Part shown: one piece after another, positions 39,294 to 53,900 of the stretch
Numbering within the stretch: the stretch's first letter is position 1
Layout: each line of letters begins with the position of its first letter
Assembly: GCA_013265495.1 (NCBI GenBank)
Contig: MU058418.1
Coordinates: 1,140,917 to 1,204,916, forward strand
DNA from: Vicugna vicugna
Taxonomy: Eukaryota
Direction of reading: 5' to 3'
DNA: 64,000 nt
The notes under the pieces: model-generated
The model's database searches: none
The model's input: only the letters and a program-made list of their open reading frames with translations
What the model was told of the DNA's origin: nothing
Program-made: the position numbers and the translations under genes

Positions 39294-42200
39294 ACTTTTT
39301 AGTGTTTTCTTATGTTTGTTTTATATCAGATGTCCAGGATTTTAAATTTTATATAGCAAGGGGAAAAAGGAAAAGTACATCTACTCTGTCTTCCTAGAAG
39401 CAGAAGTCAATTTATTAAAAGTTCTTATCTGCTTATTCCATCATCTCTGTCATTTCTGGTTTTGTTTCTGTGGTCTGATTTTCTTCCCCCTGGTTGTGGG
39501 TCCTATTTTCCTGCTTCTTTGCAAGTTTAGTAATTTGTGATGGGGTGCTGGAGGTTGTGATTATTATACTGTGTTTCTGTTACTTCCTTTAAGGCTACTG
39601 ACTTATTTCTGCAAATGGTTAAGTTTCTTGCAGATCAGCTTGATCCTTCCGAGGCTTGTTTTTAAACTTTGTTAGTGTGTCTAGCATAACCTTTAGGATT
39701 ATTTTGGCTCTTCTTCTACATGTGACTCTGCTAAGTTCTCTACTGAATCCTCCCTTAGTGCTCACTGAAGTCTCTCTACTCTGGCTGTTCAAAATGCTTA
39801 TATCTCCCAGCTTTGTGTGGATTGTTCTTTGCCCAGTCTTGTCAAGTTTCACCATATGCACCTGCAATTTAATATTTAGCTAAAGGTTACAGACATTTCC
39901 TGTGTAGATTATCTGGAACTCTTTCTCTGCATACCGTTCTCCTGTATTGAAGTCCACATACAAATTCTAACTGCTTCACCTTCCCAAAACCCTGATCATT
40001 GTCTCCTCAACTCGTTTAGACTGCTGTGCTGAAGTCTAGAAATTGCCTTAGATAGAAATTCAGGGGAAATGTAATGCTTGCTTGCCTGATTGATTTCCTA
40101 CAACTCAGAAATTGCTGTCCTTTGCTACCCATTTTGTTGTGTCTGCCATCAGATGCTTCACATGATTTGTCCAGTGTTTTAGTGACTTTCGGCAGGAGGG
40201 TAAAATTGATTTTCAACTGCTCTGCCTTGGTCAAAAACATTAGTCTCTTTCTTAGTTTTTAATTGTAAAAAAGAATAATGCAGGATTTTTTTTTATAGTT
40301 TAGGAACTCAGAGCCATATTTCACCATAGATACAAAAATACAAATTAGATAACTGTAGAAAAAAGCAGTGATGGGCACATCTTTCTCTCTCATGTTTAAA
40401 GGATTTGTTAAGTAAATGACAGTACAGTCACATGAAGGCGTATAGTATAGTTATTTAGAATGAGATTTTCAAAAAGCTTTTGATAATGTAGAATAATGCT
40501 CACAGATAATGGGAATTAAAAAAATATGATGCAAGAGTATATCTTATTATTTTCTCAACCATGGAAGTAATATTCATGCATGGAAAATACTGGAAATAAA
40601 TGTCCCAGGATGTAAATAGAACTTATTTCTGAATAATAAGATTATAGATTATTTAAATTATCTCTTCTAGACCTTTCAAAGATTTCTGGAATGATCTTGT
40701 ATTACTTTTATAATAAAAACCGTTTTTAGCAGGTAAATTTTTGCCCACCCTTCTTAGAAAACCAGCAGACCTGGATAAAACCACCCATATTCAAAATTGA
40801 TATATCAGCAAAAAGCAAAATAGACTGAACATGGGTCCTACGTATAGAGACTATTACTGAAAAAAATGGAATGGCAGACACTAGACAGAAGCAGCAGGAG
40901 CAGACGGGAGAGATAGATATGAACTGACAAGTCAAAGCATGTGAAGAATATGTTTTGGAAGAAGAATTACCTCAGGACACGGGACACTTTTTCAGTTAAA
41001 ACTTTGCTGTATTTTAAAAGAAAGAAGTTATTGTACCAATGAAATAAGAGAGCAGAGATTAAAAAACTTTAAGATTAGATGAAAAATGAGCTTGCAGAGC
41101 TAAAAAAAACAGCCTGAGGGCGGACCCATTAAAACAGTGAAAAGCATTGTAGAAAAAGTAAATGAAAAAATAAACACTGCTGAAAATAAAATCAGCGATG
41201 AAGATACCAGACTTAGAAAAAAAATCACAGAAACTGAAGCTAGAACAATCATAGATAAAAACTATTACAGAGAAGGTGCTGGGTATGGAAAGTAGACAAC
41301 AGAGATGAAATGTTCACATAATTCATATTTGTAAAAACAGAACATAAAGGTAAAATAGAAGAATAATGTGTTGTTTTGGTGCATAACTAAACTTCAAGGG
41401 TAAAAAGAGAATCCTACAATTACATAGAAGAATCAATGGGGAAAAAAAAATCAAGCTGGAATGAGACTTGTCCAGCACAAGTAGATACTAGAATAGAATA
41501 GTTTTTATTATATTAAAAAAAGAAAGATATTCCCTCTTATCAGCAGGCTGTTACAAAAATCTAAACCCACATATACACATTTTTGCATATATATTAACTT
41601 AGGAATTATAGTCCTCATGAAGCTTCCTGAACAAACTACTTTAAGATTTGCATTACCAGTCAAAATTAATAATTTATTAATGGAGATACTATGTTAAGAA
41701 AACTTTGGTGGTAGTCATTGAATCTGATTAAATAGTGTCTTATTCTGGTCTGTAAATCAGAAAATAAATTTTTTTTTTGTATCACGTGTTGTACACTTCT
41801 GTGATTGAGATAACTACAGAATGCAAAAGTATAGAAAAGGGGCCCCAACCCACATTGGCAGTTTGAATAGAGGAGATGGCACATGTCTGGAGTATTTCCA
41901 AAGAGCAGATTATGCTTAAATTAAGACCTAAATGACAAATGAAAGTTACCAGGCAATGTGAAAAAGGGCATTCATCATGGAGAGAAAAGCATAGTGGAAA
42001 GACAGAAACATTGGAATTATAGACTAAAAATTTTGTGATTAGTACTTAGCCCATTGAGATTTTCATAAAATAATAACTATTACTAGTCTGTTTACTCGAG
42101 GCTTAGAGATTTATTTAAAACTCAGATCTCCCCCCCCCCAAATAAAAGCAGAATATGTTTTGTATTGTATGTAAATAAACATTTTTTTGATAGTTAACAT

Positions 42201-42478
42201 TCCCTTATTTATATAAAAAGATGATTAGTTATTATGGTTATTGTGCCTAATTTAAACTTGAAACTTCATATGACATAATGTCCTGATTTTGCTGATTTAT
42301 TCTTGAAGAATCTTTATTGTGATTTTAGTAAAACTTAGGTAATTCTTGGAAAGCACATGAAAAGATAGAGTTGTGAAAGCATTTGTTGGTATCTACATAG
42401 CACCAATTTATAAAATTAACTACATTTGTTTCACTCTCTGCACTGCAGTGTTTTAAGGTAGACTGTGATCATGTATAC

Positions 42479-42696
42479 CAGGGGTTAATAAACTACAGTC
42501 AGTGGCCAAATCTGGCCTGTCAGATCTGTTTTTGTAAATAAAATTTTATTGAAAAACTTCATGTTCATTTGTTTATGTATTGTCTGTGTCTATTTTCACA
42601 CTACAGTTGCAGAATTGAGTAGCTGTGGCAGAGAATATGGTTTTTAGAGCCTGAAATATTTACTGACTCTTTACAGAAAAAGTTTTCTTATCCCTA
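42479..42696. mobile_element. MER58A-like hAT-Charlie element
   Basis: caggggttaataaactac...tttacagaaaaagttttcttatcccta; 8-bp TSD atgtatac/atctatac. Confidence 0.85.
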
Positions 42697-45600
42697 ATCT
42701 ATACAACATACAGAGAGACAAACAACTGTTTAAAATAACATGTAAATATCACTTGTTTTCTGTAAACTATGACGTGTTTTATGTGATGGAAATCATGTGT
42801 CAGTATAGATTCATTAGTAGGTCTTGGAGAAAGTAACGTTTGAAGAGCTTGCTGGGTAAATGGTTGATTGTAGGGAGAGACATTGGTGAACTAAAGGCAA
42901 GAGGGTGGTCCTGTATCAATTTCAGATAATTTGGTAACTTGAAAAATATTAGCTTTATTAGGATCAACCTTCTTAGAATGTCTTCAGTTGTATACGTTTA
43001 AAAAGAATAACTTCTTAAATGTTCATGCGTTGACTAATACTTGTGAACATAATCTCACTGCATTATTTAAACATTCAAAATTGTTGTACTTAATAGGAAA
43101 AGAAGATCAATTGATATTTTGATCAGGATAGATTGTTAGGTTAATTTAAACTGCAGTGCTATTATTGGTCTTCTTAATAAATGGATTACTCTACTCATTT
43201 GGTTAAATCTAGTAATTCGTGATATTATGGAGGGTGTTTTATATTTGGGTAAAAATCTGTTCACTCCTTCCCTTACAGCTCCATCAACCATTTTGTTTGA
43301 TTCATTCTGTAATGAGCCCTGAAAGAGATAAATTCTATTCATAATTTTTAGGGTTAAAAAAAACCCCTCCATGTGAATTTCATTAGCTTTCTTTTTATGA
43401 TTTTCTTATTCAGTTTATCAGTATGAACAAATCTGAAATTATACCCCAGTGGGAAATTTTCCTGTGCAATATTGTATGCAGTGTTTTTGCCACGATAGGT
43501 TCTATTATTAGTAATGTAACATTTTCACTCTCACTGACACTAACATTACAGCAAATTTAATTCTTTCTTAAATTTTTTATTTCTGCTTAACATTGAGTTA
43601 GATAGATTACTAATAGATAGATAATAGATAATAGACAGACAATTAATAGATTACTGAAATGATAGCTGTCAGACTGGTCAAAAATAACCAACAATGCATT
43701 CTATAGTATAATTTTCTCTTTGATGCATGTCAGTTGATGAAATTAGAGAAAAATAATATATTAGCATTAACACTTATAAATATGAATTTTTTTTATCCTG
43801 GTTGAGAGTCGCCCATTTGGAAAGCATCATAATCTGATTTGGCTTAACATTTGTTTGGTTTAAATATGCAGTAAAAATACTTTGTAATCTAAGGCAGTAA
43901 TAGTTTTGTTATTATTACTATTTTTTATACTAATTTGTTTAATGTTCAAGTTATAGCTTCCTTTCTTCTACTTGGTTGTTAATGTTTCTCAGTTGTTTTG
44001 CATCCTTTATCTAAAACTTAAAAAAATAAATTAAGCTATTATTAGCCTCTGTGTTTTTGTTTCCTAAGGAATTTTTTTCCGAGAAATCTTTTACCTATAT
44101 TGAACTCTTGAGAATATTCCCGTGGTATGATCTCTAGTTATAAATTTTAGCAAAATTGTATAACCCTTATATAAAATGCTTCAATGTTCATCCTTTGTCC
44201 AGCTTCCTGCATTAGGATTTAAAAGTACATTTGCCATTTCTCCCTGCCACAATTTTCATTTCATTGGTGAAGTTAACTTTCAGTTTGTTCATTATAACTT
44301 TGAATACTAGAGTTTTCACAGGGCTAAATAATCAGAATCAGCCTTTGAGGTCAGTGTCAGCTCCACTGACCTCTACTATGTTGTCACCTGAGTAAGCCTA
44401 GCAAGGATTAACCCTTTGTTAGTGTGATACTGTCTTTACTTATGAGTTGGTTTTTTAATACTTAAGATTGAAAGAAACAAAAGAACAAAAATAGTAAGCT
44501 GAACTCCTGAATTGAAAAGAGTTTTGATTTTCCTCACAGACCGCTAAACTGTTCATTTGAATTTTAGTATTTAGTATTTTAAGATATAATAATTATTATT
44601 TGACTTGCAGAGCATTCCTATAGTTATCAAGTATTAGGGTAGATTTAAGTAAATCTACCTATTTAATTATAACCTATTTTGTATATGTTTGAGAAAATAC
44701 AGTTTAAAAATTTGGCCAAAGTACAGGCATTAAACTTTATTTGTGATAGTTTTGTGATGTGTCCTCAAAATTAATAAACATCTAGAATAAAAATTGTGAT
44801 GTGGATTTAAAATGTAATTTTGTTCATCTTCATAGCAGAATGTACACCTTCTTTTAGTCATGGCCTGCCTATGGAAAAGTAATTTGGGGTATATGCCTTT
44901 TTAAATAATATTTTCTATAAATATATATGAAATGAGAATAAAGATTTCCCATGAAATATATAAATTATATAGTTGTATTTATATAGTTATATATAAAATA
45001 TGCAACTACATTTTTACATCAAACTGAAATACAGCAAGCTATTTATTGCTTATATGTAAGACATGTACTGTTTAGGCCTGGAATTCTCTTCTCTTAGAAT
45101 AATAAATAGTTATTTCTGGTTAGATTACAAGAAATGGTTTAAGGGAAGTGTCTTAAATATGAATTGTTTCTTTGACTCATGAGATAAATTAGTTTAATTA
45201 CAAGTGGCGATTTTCTTGGCTAGTGATGTAATGTGAAATAAAATTCTCCCTTTCCCTTCCCTGAAAACTCAAGCCAATTAATAGAACTTTTAAGCTCTTT
45301 TTCATAGGCCACCATGGAGGTCTGCAGAGAACTTTAATCCAATAAACATTTCATTTAGATCATGAAAAGAAAGCATGAGGAGAAGCTTCTCTAAGAGAGG
45401 ATGTTACTATAATTCCAACCATGAAGAGATGTGAGGAATTTGCCAAATTAACCAAGAAGTCCTCATATTTAACGCATAAATGTGTCAAAACTAACAGAAT
45501 AATTATTTAATTTGCTTGAACTTTATATTGAGAAAACTCTAAAAAGCCACAACTGTTTTCTTCAAAGCCTTCACTGTTGGGCTGGATGGACAGGGCAAGG

Positions 45601-48600
45601 GGAGGTTGTGAGAAATCCAGATAGCAAATAACACTGGCCGGAGCTGGTCAGAAAAGGGAATAGATAATTAGATGTAATTAGCGTGTATGAATTGTTGTCT
45701 CTCTGCCCTTAGCTTGAATAAATTTTGAAGAAAAAACCCTAGTGGTGAAAATCCTTTGATGTAGGAAGAGTCATTGTGGCTTGGCAGCATAAAGGCAGTG
45801 TTTTATACTTCTTACATAATGGTTGTGATACAGAAAGAGTGAATGGACTCTGCACCCCCCTGTCTGCTTTATAGCAAGGACTTTTGGATTCTCTTGAAAC
45901 AAAATGCATCACAAGTTTTCAGTTGTTAGTAATGAGGTAGCAGACCTCATCAGTGCTCAGAGGAAGCCATCTTTAGCTTTTGTTTAACTCTTAATCACAG
46001 TTTTTTTTTTTTTTCTGGGAAATCTGTTTTCTTAAATCAACACTTCTTTTCCCTTTTTTTGCTTGCACCTCCAATAACAGAAAGGAATAATGATCAAGAA
46101 AGCTAAATAGAAGAGTTAAACAAAAATTATCGTATGAAAGACATATACATTTTTGTTTTTAATCCCATGTGAAAAAGATGCTTGCTGTATTCCTTTTTGC
46201 CTCGGATTGGTAACATTCCAGTAATGTTGTTTATGCTAAAATGTATAAGAAAACTTATAGAGAAGGATTTTAGATTGGTTTTCAAAAGGACTTATTTTTC
46301 AAATTGAAATTACACAAAATAAGATGGTAACTATGTTCCTGTTTCACTGTGGTTAAGTTTTTAAATTGACAACACTTGGGTAAAAAATATTACTAAGTAG
46401 ATTTACCATAAACTTTACTTACTTGAGGGACTTAGTGGAAATACAAGTTTGGGAACCTAGCTCTGTATGGATATTCTTTATCTACTACTGGGAACACAAG
46501 AAATATTCCTGAGAAAGCATTGCATTTATTTTGAAACTTTCTAAGACCTGAAACAATGAATCATCTAAAGTGAAGTATCAGTTTATCCTAGTTGAATTAT
46601 GTTCACTTTGAATATCTAAAATATTTAAAAAAATTAGTCCTGAGCAAAAAGAGAAATTAGCTATTTTAAAACTCTAAATCATATATTTAGTGGTGATGGC
46701 TAAAACAGTTTACAAATTATCTGCAATATCAGAATAGTATCTCTAAGTAAGTTTGTATTTGTGATAAATTTTCACCGTCTCCCATCAGCTATTTTGGAAT
46801 TACATTAAAAAAAAAACTACCCTTCAGATAATTAAGTATTCAGAGTTACTTCTAATTAATATTCTTCTTTTAACATATTTTATTTATAAGATTTTCTGCA
46901 GTAGTCATCAGTGATCCATTCCTTAATGTGTAATCTATGAGTCTATTTTTATAAGTGCTGCTTTGCTTTAGTGTATTTTTATTCTGACGTTTTGATTCTG
47001 GATAGACTTCTTTCAAGCCACAATGCTCTGAGATGCTTTGGCTACTTAACCCATTTTGCATATTGTGCCATTTGGAGAATAAAGTAGCCTTTTATACTTG
47101 AAGTTGATTTGAACTCTGAAAGGCAACACCTGAACATCTCACAAAACTGGATAATTATGGCTGATTGTGTTTTTCAGGTATAGGTCACAGGAAATTCATT
47201 TGGGGTAAAGTATGTACAAAGCTAAGAAATATGCAGATTTTCTGTTGTAGGATTGTGTAAAAATTATTTACAGTTAATACTTGCATAAAGGTTAGAAAGG
47301 TTGATGAAGTGATATTTAGTTTTGCTTTACTATTCACTGCATGTCAGAATGTAATTATGACTGATTCATGAAACTGTCTTAGAAACGAACCATCTTTATT
47401 AAAATGCTGATCAAGATAAGAGCTGACAGTAATAAAGAATAGAACATTTTAGTCTTGTTGCTTTTGAATGATTGCTAATTACCCCAGAGGTCATGTATAG
47501 TGCTTGGTAGGATTCATTGACATTATTTCTTTTAAGTCTGCTGTTTCAACAACATCTGAGCATGAAGACACAAACTGTGTGCACATTGAACAATAGTTTG
47601 GCCAAGTTTTTGAGGCATCAAGATATCTAAGAAATCTTTTCCTGCCATTGTGAATTTAGATTTCTTCTCTCAAAATTATAGTGTATTAGGTGTGCTTGGT
47701 TACAAAATATTTTGTATATTAATTTACTATAGACTGTATCTACATTTCACATTTTTAAGTTGGTGTTAAATAATAGTGTACATAGGTTACTGAGACAGTG
47801 TCCGCTCTAACTATACACACAAACATAAAATTAATAAAAATGAGGTGTAGTTTGACTCCATAGAAAAGGCTTCTTAATGTATAATCAGAATGTAGTCTTA
47901 CTACAGTGTTCAATGTTCAACTTTTTTTTGTTTTTATTAAATGTGAACTTTATAATTTGTCTCTAAAGACTTGTAGAAGTCCTTTTAGTGTATTCTTCAG
48001 CCAATGATGAATAATGTTTTCTAGGATTCATAGATTACCAAAATATAGTTCATTAACTGAATAAACCCTGACATAATGTCTGAAATAACTTAAATCTTTA
48101 AAATTCTTAACAATTGAAAGTAGAAGAAACCATACTGTCATGTCACACATATTTATGTGGTTTCCATGATACGCAGAAACAGCAGTGGATTAAGAAGGCA
48201 ATCCTTTGTGACCCTGGCTCTGTCACTGAATTTGGGCAAGTCTCTTGAATTGGCTTAATTTTTTTTTTAATCTATAAATGATGGGATTGGACTTCAAGAT
48301 TGCTAAGGCCCTTATCATGCTACAAATTTTCAAAAAGATTGTTTCAGAAGTTTACTTGTAAATTCTTTCTTTTGAACTATAATAGATTTCTCCCCTAAAC
48401 ATTGCTCTAAATGTGGCGTTAAAATTCTAGGCTAACTGGTCTACAAAATCCTAATTGCCCAAGAGGCTCAAATAGTATAACTTTGTAAGATAAAATAGAA
48501 GAAAATAATATTCAGATTTCAACATGCATTTATTAAGTGCTTAGTTACTGGGATTACAATGATGAATATTGTTCAGAGGTGAATTCGGAGGTGACAAGGT

Positions 48601-50803
48601 AGTCATAATGTTCTAGTCGAGAAATTAGACACACCAACAAATAATTATAATGTAGTATAGGAATAACATTATGCTACAATATAGAATGAGTGAGGAATGA
48701 CTAACTGTATGTTGGGAGATTACAATGCTAACAGTTATATAAAAAAGCAATGTATTAAAGTAAAACCACAGATTTTAAATAAGTTTTCTACCTTCTATAA
48801 TGCTGATAATTATAGAGGATGAATGAATGAAATGGAAATTTGTGTGAATTTTGAATGGACTCCTGTGTGCGTCTACAGATTTCAGAGGTTGATGAAACTG
48901 GAGGTTTGTTTTGCCTTTTATTTTCTTTATTTGGATATATCACTGCCTTTATTCTTAGTGTAATAGTTGTTCGTATGATTTTGTTTTGTTCTAATTGGAA
49001 TGAAATAGAGATTTTTCTGAGAAAACTGGATAAGGCTTAGAAGGGAGAAGGTGAAGGCAGAGGAAGAAAGCTGCAGATAGTTTCAGTGTATGTGGGAGAA
49101 GTTACCTATCATGGAACTAAATAAGTTATGAATAGTGAGAGCTGAGAAATACAGAACAAGGAATGTATAGGAACTCTTTATGAGAGGGAAAAAAGATAGT
49201 GGAAAAGGGACTGTATTCTAAATTATAATTGGAGGTTAAAAGAGCTTATTTAACTTTTGGAATGTGCTCATTGTGTGTGGAAGGCAGACTGCAAACACAT
49301 GTTAGACATTTTGTCATTTGGTGGGTGCCTGTAAGTAGGATAATCGAACTGTTTAACAACTGGTACAACACTGACAGACCAGCCAGAGCAGGTGCTGGGC
49401 TGTGAACAGTCCATCATGCCATACTAGTACGTGCTAGTGAGTACCAGCCCTGCCTGTAAATAAAAGTACGTGTGTATGTATGTGCACGTGCACATGCAAA
49501 TGTGTAAGTACAGAGTGGCAGACTTTGAAGAAGCCTTAGAAACATTTATCCTACCCAGTGTTGTGCAGTGGAGGCAACTGAGGCTCATGCCTAAGATTGC
49601 CCAGCTAGTGGTAGAGCAAGGTCTAGAAGAACCCAGATTTCCTGCTTTTTATTGAGAGTTCTTTCTTCCAAACCATGTTGCACAGTGTGTATGTGTGTGT
49701 CTGTATGTGTGTATGTGTTAACATTATATACTCATTATATACATAGTATAATCTTACAGTCTTTGGGTAAAATTAATTATATTCTCAATTTCTTTTATCA
49801 ATAAGGAACTCTTTATCTTTTATAAAAATATAATCTGTCTTTAGTCATATGCAGTGATAAGTTAAATATATAGTCATATCCAAATCTTGTTTTAGCAAAT
49901 AGCTTAAAATTTACTCTTCTGATCTTTTATCAGAGATAAGAATAAGCTGAAAGATTGACTGAATTCGGTGTCTCTCTCTTCCTCTTTTCATCTTCAGATA
50001 AAAGTGTTAATGAAGAGTGAAGTGACAAAAAGTTGGGCAAATACAATGAAGAGAGCAGAACCAGAGTTTAGAATATTTATAAATGCTATCCTGGGTACTA
50101 AAAAGTCTTAATAATGCAGTCTCTGAAAATAGACAGGGGTTATGTTTTAAGCAAAATATTTTATTGAGACTTAGTTTTTCTTATTATTCAGAAGTTTGAT
50201 TATAGTGCAAATGAATCATGCATTATGGATTTGTATATTTATAATATTGTTATATATTTTTAGATAAAAAAGTTATTGTTTACCTCATTATTTGTATAGA
50301 AGAAGGAAACATCTTGTGGATAAATTTACTAGATTTTGAAAAAATAGAGTTTGCAAAACTACATATATGGTGGGAAGTTCCTATTTGCGTGGAGATGTGT
50401 TGTACAGTTCCTTTTTGTGGGGAAGATGAAAGCTTATAGGAGCTGCAGTTATGTGTTTAGTAGCATGGTTATAAAAAAGATTTTCAAAAGGTACATGCAT
50501 CAACTTATTGTCAGTCTGTGATATGTCATTTTTATGTTTTTCTTTTTTTTACCTCTGAAATGAAAACTCTGGTTTTCTTGGATAAAGTAAACAGTGGGAG
50601 AAGAATGGATTATTAATTAAAATTCTGTTTGTTATGACAGAGCTGGAAATGATAATGGCTGTGATTTCGATAAAATAGCTATCATCTTTTTCTGAGCACC
50701 ACTATTTAGGGACAATCCGTGGAGTTCTCTAAGATCTGTCCTTTTATTAAATTTCATGAGTGATTAATGAATGCATGCTAGGTTAAATCCAAACATCACA
50801 TAA

Positions 50804-50827
50804 GTGTGTGTGTGTGTGTGTGTGTGT
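50804..50827. repeat. (GT)12 microsatellite
   Basis: Read directly from the sequence. Confidence 0.95.
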
Positions 50828-50935
50828 ATTCATGTTGAAAGCTCCTCCTTCACTACTCTTCTCTTTCCTCATTTCCTCCACCCCAGTCTCATTCCTACTT
50901 TGCTCCTCAGGAGTAACCACTGTTAAAAATTGAAT

Positions 50936-53900
50936 GTGGAGGAGTGACATCAGCATTGTGGCTGAATAAGACATCTCTTGTTCATGTTCCCCTGCTCTAC
51001 CACCAACAGTTTGGCTTCCATCCACAGACAAAAGTGCCTTTGTGAGAGCTGTTGGATTCAGCATCATACACCAAGGGAGCCGAGAGGAGGCTTACCCACT
51101 CATGTGTCAGGTAACAAGCATACAGAATTCGGTCCTTGCTGTGGACCCTGCAGTGGCCAGTGAACCAGCTCCAGCAATCCCAGACATAGTCTGGGAGCCC
51201 TTGGAAACACTATCGTAAACAGTCACCCAAAGATGAGGGAGAGGCTTTGTGGATGTCCAGATTTCTAGTAGAGAGGTTCCAGCACACTATTAGAGCAAAA
51301 AACAAATAGGAATTTGGATGTGTTGGAGAGGATAAGAGGAATATTCTAACTTTACTTGCATCATTCTCCCCCAACGCAGCACAGCCTGGGGCCTAGAGAG
51401 ATCTTTTTGGCCAGTGAGTTCTCCCACAGGGGAAAGTAAGAGCACATGAGTGATCACCTGGCTTCCGCAGTTATGTGGATACTGCCAAAGAGACTCCTTT
51501 ATCTTTTGCCTCATTCACAGTACTGAATTGTGAGCTGCATGATTGGAAGTTGGGAAGAGGGTGGGAGAGCACCCAATAAGACTCTTGGAGGGCATTAAAA
51601 GTAGGTGGATCCTACTAACTGCTTCATGGATGCTGTCAAAAAACCTGCCTGCCAGCCTCTGGGGCACTTTGCCCACAGATCCCTTCATCCCTAGTTCTCT
51701 GTGCACCTCACCCCCATGCATACCCACTCTTGGGCTGGTGCTCTGTGTGTGCTCCTGATGGCGGTGTTGACAGTGAGCTTTGGCAGATGGCTAGTGAGCA
51801 TGTTCAGAAAGCCAGCCTGAAGCTATGGGCCAGGGAGAGACCACAAGCTTGAGCTTTAGTGCCATTTTTGGGAAAACAAAAGGGAGGCTGTCAGCACTTG
51901 GCTTGATGTGTTGCAAGATCCAGGGAAGGCATAAAGCTTAAGAGTTCTTCCACAAGAGGGAGCAAGAATCATCAAGCAGGTGTATCCTTAGAAGGTGTGA
52001 GAAAGCTTCAAATTCCCTAGACGGGCTGGTGGAAGGTATTTCTCTCCTGAAAGCAATTAGTAAAGACTAGAGGAGGTGACTGCTATTTGAAATATGAAGA
52101 TAGCAACACAAAACATGAAGGATCAATGAAAAATCAAGGAAACATGGCATGACCAAAAGATCACAATAATCTTCCAATAACTGATCCCAAACACTTGGAG
52201 ATATGAGATTTACCCAATAAAGAATTCAAAATGGCTGTTTTAAGGAAACTCAATGGCTACCAAAAGAAAAGGAAAGAAGAAAAAGACAGACAGACAGACA
52301 GACAGACAGACCACATAAAGACACTTCAGCAAATTCAGGAAAACAATACACGAACTGAGAAGTTTAACAAAAAGGTAGAAATCCTAAAGAAGAACCAAAC
52401 TGCAATAGTGAGCATCCAATATCAGACCTGATCAAGGAGAAGAAAGAATCAGCGAGACTGAAGGCAGGAACTTAAAAATTATCCAGTCAGAAGAGGACAA
52501 AGAATGAAGAAGAGTGCATAATCTATCAGATACCATTAAAAAAAAGCCCTCTGTGAATTATAGGGGTTCCAGAAGGAGGAGAGAGGGAAAGGGAGCAGAA
52601 AGTTTACTTTCCAAATCTAGGGAGAGATTTGGATGTTCAAGTTCATGAAGCTTATAAGTCATCAAACAAACTCAACTTACAGAATCTTCTCCAGGACAGA
52701 GACACATTATAATAAAACTGTCAAAAATCAAAGACAGAGAGTATCTTAAAAGCAGCAAGAGAAAAAGAAACCTGTAACTTATAAGGGAACTTCTGTGAGA
52801 TTACCAACAGATTTCTTAGCAGAAACCTTACAGCCCAGGGGAGAGTGAGATATGTTTTATTTCAAAGTACTGAAATTAAAAAAAAGAAAAAGAAAAAACT
52901 GCCAACCAAGAATATTCTATGCAGAAAAGTTGCCCTTTTGAAATAAAGTAGAAATAAAGTCTTTCCCAGACAATCAGAAGCTGGGGGAGTTCATTACCGC
53001 TAGACCTGACTGACAAGAAATGCTGAAAGGAATTCTTCAAACTGAAATGAAAGGATAGTAATTAGTAACATGAAAACATGAAAGTATGCAACACACTGGT
53101 AAAGGTAAGTACATAGTCAAATTCAGAATACTCTAATAATGTAATATGTTGGTGTGCTAACTTTAGTATAAAGGTTAAAGGGCAAGAGTATTAAAAACAA
53201 CTACAATGATTTGTTAGTGAGTATGCAATATAACAAGAGGCAAATTGTGACATCCGAAATGGAAAAGTCAGGTAGTTAAAAAGGTAGTTTTTGTAAGTGA
53301 TTACAGTTAAGTTATCAGTGTAAAATAGACTGGTATATCTGTAATATGTTTTATGTAGCCTCATGGTAACCACAAAGCAAAACCAACAGTAGATCCATAG
53401 AAGATAAAGAGAGGGAGTCACAGCATACCATTAAGGAAAATTGTCTGTTCACAAAGGAAGGCAGCTAGAGGAAGAAAAGAATAAGGGAACTACAAAACAG
53501 CCATAGAACAATTAAGATAGAATTACTAAGTCCTTAACTGTCAATAATTACTCTAAATGTAAATGGATTAAGTTCTCCAATCAAAAGACACAGAGAAAAT
53601 ATGCTTCCTGAAAGATACTCACCTCAGTTTTAAGAACATATAGGCTCAAAGTGAAGGAATGGAAAAAGATATTCCATGCAAGAGGAAACCAAAAGAGAGC
53701 AGGGATAGCTATACTTAGACAAAATAGACTCTAAGCCAAAAACTGCAATAAGAGGCAAAGAACATCATATGATGATAAAGGGATCAATTCATCAAGAAAG
53801 TATAGCAATCATAAATACATATGCACCCAATATCAGAGCACCTAAATATATTAGGCAAATATTAACAAATCTGAAGGAAGATAGACAATACAATGATAGT

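Larger units (their letters stand above)
36430..40240 (-). mobile_element. Mosaic of old antisense L1 fragments hosting later insertions
   Basis: Degenerate antisense L1 ORF2, ORF1 and 5' text on both sides of the L1MB-like insert and the microsatellite. Boundaries approximate. Confidence 0.55.

Noticed and set aside
38738..39397. Long ORFs of 178-192 aa (K/E/R-rich and F/L/S-rich)
   Set aside because: Translations of the microsatellite, which lacks stop codons by composition.
46980..47015. gattctggatagac resembling the next AFG1L exon (LDSGIDY)
   Set aside because: Frame and flanking residues do not match and there are no suitable splice sites; the next exon probably lies beyond the window.
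49480..49495. 16-bp palindrome atgtgcacgtgcacat containing an E-box
   Set aside because: Lies in alternating purine-pyrimidine low-complexity sequence where palindromes arise easily.
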